64,000 bases of DNA, taken from NCBI GenBank assembly GCA_965637545.1, contig OZ281494.1:12400001-12464000 (forward strand), in the 5' to 3' direction. This document shows, piece after piece, positions 28,001-38,569 of the stretch. A program made the translations under genes and the position numbers. The stretch is from Phallusia mammillata (taxonomy: Eukaryota). A model generated the notes under the pieces. It saw only the letters and a program-made list of their open reading frames with translations. It made no database searches and had not been told where the DNA came from. How positions within the stretch are numbered: position 1 is the first letter of the stretch; each line of letters begins with the position of its first letter.

Positions 28001-31000
28001 TGCATACTCCTTGTATCGACGGGACAACATCATTAGGGTTCTCTTATGATCAGACCTCCATGTCTTCTAGGAACCGATTACGGGTGCCATTCAAGCCTTT
28101 CCCGATTGGTTGCAAATCGTTCCCTGGGGTATGCGGCGTCTCCTAAACTGGGTGGACAGGGAATATGGTCATCCCCCGGTTTACATAACTGAAAACGGAG
28201 TTGGGACAGCAGACCCTACTATTGATGATCAAGTTCGAGTCAATTTCTTTAAAGCTTACATTAACGAGGCGTTGAAAGGTTTGTTCAGAGGAAAACGTTG
28301 ATTATTATATTTGAAGTTGTTTGCTTGTGTGTTGCGAGTGAGACATTTATAGCATTTTGACTGGTTTGGTTCGAATTTGTTTCACTTTCTTCTACACAGC
28401 GTACCATCTTGACGGAGTAGATCTGCGAGGCTACACGGCTTGGTCGTTAATGGATAACTTTGAATGGTCTTCCGGTTACAGCGCGAGATTCGGACTTTTC
28501 CAAGTTGATTTTGAAGATCCAGCACGCCCAAGAACACCAAAACGATCTTCTATGTTTTACAAGTACGTAGTAAGGAAACAAACAGTTTGGTATTCTGTCT
28601 TTTGAGTGTGCTGCACATAGATATAACTGAGCCCAGGTCCAGTCAGACTCGGGCTTAACTTGGAACAAATCGGGCTTGATTCGGGCCTGAATTTACCCTT
28701 CACCACATGCGTGTTGTATAAAATGTACTTTTTCGAACTTCTATATTATATTATTTTTTCGAAAAAAAGATATATCTTGCAGCGACAAGACGAGTGTATT
28801 TAACTTTTTTCAGCGAGGTGATTCGAAACAACGGTTTTCCTCCCTTAGAACGCGACGAACGATTAGTTGGGGATTTTCCTTCAGACTTTATATGGGCAGT
28901 TGCAACTTCGTCATATCAGGTATACGCGAGTAATTTGAAGTTTCAAATCTGATACTTTTGTGTTTACCGTAACGCAATATGTCTGGGTTGACTGTAAGTA
29001 AGGTTGAGATTGGATTGTGAAAGGATGTTACCAAAATTAACAGACTATGATCTGTAGTGTCCTTTTCAGCATTTAGTATGTTATGTTTCATTACATATCT
29101 AGATCGAAGGAGCTTGGCGAAGTGACGGAAAAGCTGTTGGAATTTGGGACAAAACATCTCACACCCCAGGATTAATCTCGGTAAGCAGAAGCTCACAGTA
29201 AAGTTTCGTTGTACAATCAAAGCGATTTCACGGCGCGAGATTTAGGAGGATAAGTAATTCGCTTATGTCTTGGTATTTCCAGGATGGAACGACTGGTGAC
29301 ATCGCTTGTGATAGCTACAACCAAGTCGACGTAGATGTGGAACTTTTAAAAAATCTTGGGGTTTCCCATTACAGGTACTGAATCAAATTATCAAACTGTT
29401 TACGATCAAAATCTGGTGATTTCCTCGGCTGGGACCTTCCACTAAAGGAGGGTTTTTGCCACAAATGTTTCTAATACTCCCTTTACGATTATTTCGTTTC
29501 TTGCAGATTCTCTCTATCTTGGCCACGTCTAGTCCCAACCGGTGACGTTTCGGGTGGATTGAACCCTGCTGCTGTGGATTACTACAATCGTCTAATTACC
29601 AGTCTGCTCGCTGCCAACATAGAGCCCATGGTCACTCTTTATCACTGGGATCTACCATTGGCGTTTCAGGTGGGAAAATATTTTTGTTTAGCTTGTCCGA
29701 GAATTGTAAACTTACTAACAAATACACGTATGAACAGTCACCACAAAGTGTAAAATTTAATCCCTTTCTTAGGATACATTCGGTGGATGGCCAGATAGTC
29801 AGATCATCGATTTGTTCGTGGCATATGCTGATGCCTGTTTCAAAGAATTTGGACCGAGAGTAAAGAAGTGGATCACATTTAACGAACCTTGGGTATTCAC
29901 GGTGCTCGGATATTCTGATGGAGTTCATTCGCCAAACGTAAAAGACCCAGGTCGTTCCGAGTACCAAGCCGGACACAATGTGATTTTGGCACACGCAAGA
30001 ACTTACAGGCAAGACGTTTTTTTAATCGATTGATTACTATATCTGCAAATATAGTCTTCTATGTATACTTGAGCTGGCACTGCGTGTTTATGTGTGTATA
30101 CCAACTAGAAACAGGTGTGTTTATAAATTTTTCATCTGTTTCCTTCCATTCGCGTAGAAACAAGATAGCTGGTCAATAAAGTAAGCTTTTATTTTACGAC
30201 TGCAGCCAAAAGATTCAACCAACCTATCAGATCTTATGACTCATAGACACCATTCCATTTAACCACAATGACATTTGCGTTGTAGATTCCCGTTTTTTTT
30301 TAATAACTAGCGTTTTACTTGAATGAGAACGTGACTTCCTATGTTTTTTTTTGCTTCTATAGATTATACTATAGCACGTACGCAGCAGCCCAGGGAGGTG
30401 AGGTCGGTATTACATGCAACTCTGATTGGTCCGAAGTTAGAAACATATATCGTGAAGTCGATTATGATGCAACCGATCGCGTCATGCAATTCTTCTTGGG
30501 GTGGTGGGTTCACCCAATCTGGGTCAACGGGGATTATCCAGATGTTATGAAGGTTCGAAAATAAACTCAAAAACAATTGATGCTGACTGTAGCAAAGTGG
30601 TCCCAAATATAGTACAGCAAAATACATAAAACACCATTTTATATTATAAAGGAATATGTGGACGCAAGAAGTGCCGCCCAAGGCGAAGCCGAATCCCGGC
30701 TTCCGAAGTTCACCGAAGCAGAGAAAAACATGATTAAGGGTAGTGCAGATTTCTTCGGATTAAACCATTACACCACCAACCTTGCGTTTGACTCGTTTGA
30801 TCCAGCGTCAGTAAACGACGTGGGCTATTATCAAGATCGAGAAGCAAATACTGTACAAGATTATACGTGGCCACAAGCTGCATCCTCTTGGCTTAAAGAG
30901 GTAAGAAACATACTAAAAGAAAATGAGCAACGCTTAATCCATTTTGAAAAAAAACCTAAACAGAATTCGCACTTCAAGCGCCCGGGCACAAAAATCAACT

Positions 31001-32640
31001 TTTGAAAGCATTTAAGTTTATTTTGAAAACAGACCTTTAACGTTCGTGAATTACCTATGATTCATTGCTTCTCCATAAGAACCCGGGAAATACACGGTTG
31101 TTTAATTAAAACTTAGCTATTCGGAAGTTCAAATATAATTCCTACACAGTCTTGTATCTGTGCTTTATACAAGTACACAGTAGTGCTTGACTTGTGGGCG
31201 CATTGTTAGGTTCCCTGGGGTCTTCGTCGTCTCCTGTCTTGGATTAAGGATCAATACGGAGATCCCCCGATCCTGATCACTGAAAACGGATTGTCAGAAG
31301 AAGGATCATCAGAGGAACTCAACGATTTTTGGAGAAAGGAATATTACTATAGTTACATTAACGAAGTGCTTAAAGGTAAAGCTTTTCTCGTCAAGCAAGT
31401 ATCACTTATTACTGCAGTATTTGGTTTGTATAATTCCAATTTGTGTTGATGTTTTATAGCTATCAAAATTGATGGTGTAAACGTCATCGGTTATACTGCC
31501 TGGTCCCTGATGGACAATTTTGAGTGGGCAGAGGGCTACAGCGAGCGATTCGGGTTACATTGGGTCAACTTCAGTGACCCGGCACGACCCCGAACACCAA
31601 AGCAATCGACTCTTTGTCTGAAGGAAATTATGAGTAAATCCTATCCAGCTTCTGGACTACCTGCGTGCATGACATTCAACAATGTAACAGCAACAACCAC
31701 TCCCGCTGTTGAGCAAACCTCCGCTGATACAACAGCAGGTGGCACTGCTGATACCACGGCAGAAAGTCGAAGTAAGTACCTAATATCAGACAGAATACAC
31801 AGATAGGCATAGAAAACAGCTTCTTTCCATAATTCGAAATTATATATGAAACAACACCATAGTTACAGCATTTTTGTTTGTTTCTTTTTAAGTATGTAAT
31901 TGTTTCCAACTAAGTAACCATGCCAAAAGCGACAATGTGTTGTTTGATAATTAAGTTAGTTTCAAAGTGCAACAGCAATTGTTGAACTACAATAGATATA
32001 TCGACGTGTGTACGAACTGGGGCTGTTTTTAAAATTCTGCCAAATTTTTCGTTATTTGGGAACCGCGTTTAACAAACCAGTTATATTTTAAAGTTTACCC
32101 TTGGTCCTTTTCATTTGTACATGCTCACAATCCAATTAAAATCATACGTAACAGTTGTGTTAAACCGCAATATTTCTTCAGCGACTTCAACTCCTGTTGT
32201 CATAACGACGACCACGTCGACACAGGCACCAATCACGACCACAACAAGTAAGGGAGGTGGAGACCTAACAGGAAAACCAAAGTTCCTTGGCCTATCTCTG
32301 GATCAGCAAAGTTCCGAGACCGCACTTAATGTCCTCTTCGCATTTACCATCGTGTTTTTTGCCACAACCTTATTGGCTGGTATGTTTACGCGTTGTGTCA
32401 AACTGAAGTACTTTTGTAATGTGTAGATCTAAGTGGATACTTGGAACTATGAAAAATCTTGAACCGTAGTCGCCTTTCTTTGCTTAGATCTAGTTGCGTG
32501 TGTAACCTGAACTTGTATTTTCAGTGTTGCAAATATGGAGACTGGGCAGTAAAGGCAAATCCTCCAAACATTCTCCACTCTTCAATTCCACGAGCAAGGA
32601 AAACGGTGTAAACGAATATCACGAAGTCTCTGGTCTATAA
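7045..32640 (+). CDS. LCT: Lactase-phlorizin hydrolase-like type I membrane protein with seven tandem GH1 domains (~65 exons, ~11 kb CDS, ~3,700 aa by hand sum)
   Basis: Signal-peptide exon 7045-7126 ([27 protein letters not shown]). A continuous in-frame exon chain runs through seven repeats of the GH1 motifs (F..G.F..GF.W..AT.AYQ.EG; YRFS.SW.R; TLYHWDLP; W.TFNEP; ITENG; W.L.DNFEW..GY..RFGL). Each domain-to-domain junction is coding with no stop. The stalk, TM and TAA end at 32640. Confidence 0.93.
7576..11760 (+). other. GH1 domain 1, predicted catalytically competent
   Basis: TFNEPY at ~8326-8334 and ITENG at 9586-9600. N-terminal VWEKF...[10 protein letters not shown] extension. Boundaries approximate. 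Confidence 0.9.
11770..16520 (+). other. GH1 domain 2, pseudo-enzyme domain lacking both catalytic Glu, with two loop insertions
   Basis: NEP is replaced by SSP (WITLSSPQ, 13465-13476) and ITENG by VTGNG (15247-15261). Boundaries approximate. Confidence 0.88.
15809..16074. repeat. Intronic fold-back (MITE-like) element with a perfect 25-bp inverted repeat
   Basis: ctactaacacaggaactcacagcac (15809-15833) is the exact reverse complement of 16050-16074. A taggtggcgc/gcgccaccta inverted pair lies nearby. Confidence 0.7.
16570..19720 (+). other. GH1 domain 3, predicted catalytically competent
   Basis: WITFNEPF at 17676-17684, GLNHYTS, ITENG at 19271-19285 and [18 protein letters not shown]. Confidence 0.9.
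20045..23240 (+). other. GH1 domain 4, divergent, with Asp at both catalytic positions
   Basis: WVTIYDPY at 21046-21057 and IVVHDPGF at 22633-22653. NHYT is replaced by IPGT and HWD by HFD. Confidence 0.85.
23255..25745 (+). other. GH1 domain 5, pseudo-enzyme domain
   Basis: SAAYS replaces [12 protein letters not shown] at 23934-23945, LFVSATGV at 25115-25129, and HHD replaces HWD. Confidence 0.88.
26035..28840 (+). other. GH1 domain 6, predicted catalytically competent (position of mammalian LPH domain III)
   Basis: WITFNEPY at 26884-26892, ITENG at 28185-28199 and [18 protein letters not shown]. Preceded by SIWEEF...[10 protein letters not shown]. Confidence 0.9.
28860..31640 (+). other. 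GH1 domain 7, predicted catalytically competent (position of mammalian LPH domain IV)
   Basis: WITFNEPW at 29881-29889, GLNHYTT, ITENG at 31276-31290 and [18 protein letters not shown]. Confidence 0.9.
30009..30362 (+). other. Non-canonical GC-AG intron in LPH-like domain 7
   Basis: The exon ends ACT TAC AG|GCAAGA and the next exon starts ctatag|A TTA TAC, giving [12 protein letters not shown]. No in-phase GT donor exists before the next stop. A GT donor occupies a nearby homologous position in domains 1 and 5. Confidence 0.8.
31670..32640 (+). other. Thr/Ala-rich mucin-like stalk, transmembrane helix and ~33 aa cytoplasmic tail of the LPH-like protein
   Basis: Exons 31460-31771, 32182-32379 and 32525-32640 give [19 protein letters not shown]...[15 protein letters not shown]...[46 protein letters not shown]...YHEVSGL*. 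Confidence 0.85.
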
Positions 32641-33672
32641 AGGAACAACTGTCAAACTCGAAAAGCTCAAATTTTTCACTCATATAGTAAATTGTGAAAA
32701 GTATTAAATGTTGTTTTACAAAACTTTTTGTGCAAATGCAGTAGGATAAACAGAAAATGTTTCCATCAAAGCCAAAAATTTTTAATTATCTCGTTCATGT
32801 CATTTATGCTTGCAATGCGGGTATGTTTTTTAAGTTTGTGCTTTTAGTTGTCACTGTTTTCTTACGTGACTAAATGATTAATTACAGCACGAAAAATGAA
32901 ATTTTGCAAACAAAACAAGAATACAAAACCTTTTTTCGAAAGTTCTTGTCCGTAAATTAAGCCTAGAATGCTTACAACAAAAGTTTCTGTGGGATAACAA
33001 ACCTGGTTCCCACGATCAGCTTTAAAAGACGTATTTACACAATTATAGGCAAGAAAGACGAAAATAATGCAAAAAATAAGCTTGTTAAAATGAGTGTATA
33101 CTGTGTATAAATAACATTGTCCAGTTTCCGTCTGATGTTACAGGTCTCGCAACAGTATTTAATCTATTGAAATAAAGATACGCAGCCTGTAAGGACGTTT
33201 CACTTAATTATAAACTCTTGGTAGGTCGGTAAACGGCCTTTTTTCCCTATGAAAGACTATCCCTATCTGGATGGCAGACTTTTACTGTTTTAGGCTTTTC
33301 GCAAATACCAGTTGGTATGTTACCTTGTTTATAAGAGTGATTAGTTCCATGTTTATAGGCTTTGGTCAAAAGGACCAGTCAGCAAATAATCGGCACTGGA
33401 AAACGTTCGTAAAGGCATGATGTAGGGATGGGGAAAATTGTTATTTCGTAAGACGAAAAACGATCTGTTTTCGCACACGTCATTGACATGGACATGTGGT
33501 AAAAGTGTGCGCATTAAACTTATTAATCCTGTAAACCGCATAACTGTAAGCAAAAACTTCTTTGTGCGGACAGCATGGCTTTTAAAAGAGCATGATCCCA
33601 GTTATCATATTCACACAGTTACAAACTACTTTCGTCGGAAAAGACACAGGAAAGCACATAAACAGATCTGAA

Positions 33673-36600
33673 ATGGATGATGATAAAGGTAGTTATACTG
33701 AAGTTAAAGAAACTGAATTGAAAAGTGTGAAAGTAAAAAAAGATCGAAAGTTAAAGCGACAGCAATGGTCAAAGTCATGGGATTTCGTGTTCGCTCTTCT
33801 CGGAGGATCCATTGGCCTCGGAAATGTTTGGAGGTTTCCCTATCTCTGTTTCAAAAACGGCGGAGGTAAAATTTATCAATGAGTTTCTTTGGGTTATGTG
33901 CGTGTATTTTTAGCTAAAACTCTTCCTATATGGTTCAATCAGGTACACTGGTGAGATTAATAGGCACCAACATTTAAAAGGCCGAAAAATTAAAATTCAG
34001 ATAGGTATTGAGCAATAGAACATATTGAGGTAGATTTGTAACTACAAAACAGTTTAATATCATTAACAACATTATTAAACTTGAATATTTAACTTTCCAG
34101 GGGCATTTCTTATTCCTTACATTTTCTTTGTTGTGATTTTGGCCATTCCTATGGTAATTCTTGAAACTTCGTTCGGACAAAGAGTGGGTCGAGGGGTGAT
34201 GCAAAGTTGGTCAGGAATTCCAATCATGAAAGGTAAAAACTATGGATTGTTGTAGTGATCCGAGACAAAGAACGGTAGCAAAATATTCCAGTTAACCATG
34301 AACCGTTGTGACAGATTACTTTTAAGATTAAAGGAATGTTTGCCCTTCATACAATGTTGACACGCAGTGGATGTTTTACAACATTTTACTGAGTTTAAGT
34401 CGGTTTGTGCTCTACTGCTGGGGATGGCGACCTAATAAACCAATTTTCTAGTGGATAGCTATATAATTTTATGGGTAATCAAAGAACACTCTGTTTGACT
34501 GCTCTTAAACACCTAAAATGAGTCAAATGTTTGATATTAATGCGGTTCAGAAAATACAAATTTGTTCAACCAATACCCGCAACTACAAAAATCCACTGTC
34601 ACATGTATCCATATACCATCGGTTTATAAAGCACTGGGCCATTGAGTTTTACGTAAGTGTATGTATATCAATAAAAAACCTGCATTTCTTATTGGCGCAG
34701 GAATCGTCTTCGCCCAGGCGGTCGTGCTCTTCCACAGCAGCACCAACTATCAGGTCATCCTTGTGTGGGCATTCAAATACTTTGTGAAGAGTTTTTCTGC
34801 CGTTTTACCGTGGTCAACATGCGGAAATCCATGGAATACACCAAACTGTATTACCACCGAACAACTAGGAAATGCACCCAACCTACAAAACGTCAGCATC
34901 TTGTCTAACATAAGTAGCGGTGACGTAAATCAACCCAATGGCACCACCTCATCGGCAACAGAATATTGGCTGTACGTGACGTTAATACATATTACGTTTC
35001 CGAAAAATATAAATGAGTTGAATTTTAATTCTATGAAGCAACTTATTATTGTCATTTTTTATTAAAAAAAGCTCTACAAAGTCAGCGTTTCCCAGGCTAA
35101 AGATGTAACTTTGGGGCTATATAAAACCAGTCACTCCAGTACCTATCTTTTTTTTGCACAGTTTTACGCAATCGGTGCCACACTCCTTGATTCCAATTCC
35201 AAATAATCGTTAATCTCACCTAGGTACGAAGTTCTTGGAGTTTCGTCAGGAATAGACAAACCAGGAAACTTCCGACCAGATTTAGTTCTGTATCTCATTA
35301 TATTGTGGATCGGAATGTTCCTTGCAACGTTCAAGGGTATCAAATGGACGGCCAAGGTTGTTTACGTTACTGCAAGTCTTCCATTCGTACTGATTATGGC
35401 AGTTCTAATCAGGGGAGCAACCCTTGACGGTGCGGCAAACGGTATCAAATATTATCTTATACCCGACGCTGCAAAACTGCTGAAAGTGGAGGTAAGGTTG
35501 TAATTGTTTGCAGATGTAGTCTGAAATACAATATTGCCCACAAAAACACATTCTGCCGAAATAACAACCTAAATTATATTTAGCTGAGCATGTTTTAATT
35601 CTTCGTTTAGGTTTGGGTAGCAGCAGCCACACAGGTGGTCTACTCTTTTTCAATAGGTGGACCTGTTTTAGGGACACTGGGGAGTTACAACACTTATCAT
35701 CACAACTTTTGGAGGTTTGTTTATCATGCAGATAATTTCATTCGAAAATTGCTCTTAAACCCTCTTTCACAGAGATTCTTGCATCTTTTGTTTTGCCAAC
35801 TCCTTTACAAGTTTTGTCACTGGCTTTGCGGTATTTTCGACACTTGGCTTCATGGCAAAATTTCAGGTTAGTCCAAGAAAACGTAGTAGAGATTTTTTAC
35901 AATTTGTTTTTGCAATTATTATTTCAGCAAAAAGTTTTACTACTGTTGAAAGCACAAAAACTGACAGAAATACGCATTGCATTCAAAAGCATTTTTTAGC
36001 GGAACAATGTGATGGAAAGATATGGTCATATCCGCGCAAAACTGACCCCATATTTGCTAGGATTTATAATTCTTGTTTTATAACATTGTTAAAGTACGAG
36101 TCTCCGCAGTCTTGCCATAAAAATACAAATCTTTTTTTTATATCTGTGTTACTTTGTGAGTCAACTGGACCGCACTTTGTTGTAGAACAAAATTTTGCCG
36201 ACATATGTAATGGCTGTCCGAAAAAGCTTCTAATATTTGTTAATACTTTACTATCACAATCGGCGACCCCTACTGGCGACCCAGATTCCTTTATAGGGTA
36301 CTTGTTACAAAGTAGTGTCCACTGTTAATAAACTCTAAACAAAATATTTAGTGCATTGAACTGGATATTACATATAGTGCAATAGAAAAATGTGCAATCT
36401 CATATGGTAAAGAAGCAAAGTTTATTTGGTCGAATTTCCTTTGCAGAACACCACTGTGGAACAAGTGGCGAGCTCTGGACCTGGGTTAGCTTTCATCGCA
36501 TATCCACAAACCTTATCACTGCTTCCTCTGCCACAGTTCTGGTCAGCAATATTTTTCCTGATGCTTCTGCTGCTTGGTTTTGACACAAAGGTAAAAGGAG

Positions 36601-38060
36601 AACTAAAGTAAATACAATAGACATTCCCTTAAAAGTGCAAAAACCTAGTAAAATGCTTAGCAATAAAAACCTTGTAAAATTATGCGTTTTCGTGCATCTT
36701 ATAAAAATTCGACGTTCTCTTAAACAAAAAAACAGGAAGTTTCTATTTTCACTGAGCTATGATCAAAAAAATTGTATCCGGTAAGAATGCAGCCATTTAA
36801 TCTAAACCACGCTTGATCAATTCATGGTGGTATTCGTTTTAGCTTTCAAAATGAAGCTGAAGACAAAAGAACCAACGTATGGTGCCAATAAATGCATTTT
36901 GCTGTATTTTTTACAGTTTCTTCAACAAGAGAGCCTAATGGCTTTAGTTTTTGACAATTTTCCACATTTACGAAGGAGAAAGGAGTTAGTCCATGCAGTT
37001 GCCTGCTTTTTCCTAATGCTTGCCGGTCTATCAATGGTTACAGAGGTAAACAACTTGAGTAAATTCTGGAAGTTTAGTTGTCAAAAATACGTCTTCTATT
37101 TTCTGTAACTTCACCAGTTTACTGTATTTCCAGGGCGGGGTGTACATATTTGAAATCTACAACAATTACGGAGCCGCTGGGTGGTGCTTGTTTTTCATTG
37201 TGACTTGCGAATGTTTGTCAATTTCCTGGCTGTACGGATTCGATCGATATTGGGAAGAAATGGAAGACATGATCGGACGGAAACGGGGAAGACTGTGGAT
37301 CAAATGGTCATGGAAGTTTTTGGGACCAGCTATGTCATTTGTAAGCATTTTGTCACAACATTTACACTGAATATAAAAACTAAAAAACCTATTTTTTTTA
37401 ATTTGGTGTTTCAAACGAAAACATAGTTAATTGATCTAAAAATATACTATTTTTGTTTAAAACTGTCTGGCAGTCGATAGAAATTTAGACTGCATGCGCA
37501 AAGGTCCTTATACTGTGCAACCGTTAGCATATTTCCAAAGTAACTATTTAGCAACTTAGACGTGACGCAACGAAAACCCGTAGATTTCCGCTCTTGTGAT
37601 TGGCTGAAAATGCCTGTGGTTTTCGGCCATTAGAAACATTTTGGACATATGCTAACCGTTAAGTAGTTTTAACAAAATGCAACTACTTTTCTATTTCTAG
37701 GCTATATGCATTTATTACTTGGTCATCAATAAGCCACTGACGTATAAAGATTACGAATACCCGGGTTGGGCTCAAGTAATTGCTCATATGATGAGCTTGA
37801 GTTCAGCCTTGTTTATTCCCGGCTACGCGATCTACAAAGCCATTACGACCTACTTCAGTGACGGAAAACTGACAAAAGTAAGACATTTACTTTTCCTTTA
37901 AAAGTCATGTTGTACCCAGTTTTAAAAAGTTTGTTTCAAAACCGTTTCTTTATTTTTAAAATAAGCGAACAAAATTTGTTTTGATTTGCAGGCAATTTAT
38001 CGTCAACCTATCGAATTAAAATCGGTTGAAAAAGAAGATCTCAACTCAACATCGGTGTAA
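33673..38060 (+). CDS. SLC6 Na+/Cl- dependent transporter, GABA/taurine/creatine subfamily-like (~594 aa, 11 exons)
   Basis: Exons 33673-33865, 34101-34232, 34701-34971, 35224-35490, 35611-35714, 35772-35866, 36448-36590, 36918-37045, 37134-37340, 37701-37877 and 37992-38060. Motifs: [69 protein letters not shown] (TM10 spacing of the GABA subfamily). The C-terminus is STSV*. Confidence 0.93.
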
Positions 38061-38569
38061 CTGAACATCAGTTGATCAGTAGTTGCGTTTATTATGTATT
38101 ATTAGTGTTCAGCGAAAGTGCGAATAACAGTGCTCAGTCGACAACCCAATGTCTTCAGTGTATCTTTAATCATAATTTCTTGTATTTTTAATCAGTTTGT
38201 TATAAAACAGTTTGAATCGGTACAAACATGTCGTTTGATTATTTGAGGGTCCAACAAGTTGCGAAACATTTAGGTACGTTGTGTATACGGAAGGTCCTTG
38301 GTATTGTACCAAACCAATTCGCATGCAGCAACCAAACACTGGACTGCGTATGTCCTAAACCGGATAATTTCGCTGTACAGCGCAATTAACAAAGCAAACT
38401 CTAATTCCAAACTACAAACTGTTGTTTGGAATTCAAGCAAACCTCGTGACAGTTTTTTTTTAATTTACAACAAAAAACGTTGGTTATAATAACGGGCGAG
38501 GACTTTTTTCATTGACAAATACCTCGCGGAGCCTTGAGCATAAACGCCAAAGAAAGCATTGGAACTCAT

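Noticed and set aside
7045-32640. A tandem array of separate beta-glucosidase genes
   Set aside because: Domain junctions lie in open exons or in-phase splices, with only one signal peptide and one TM/stop.
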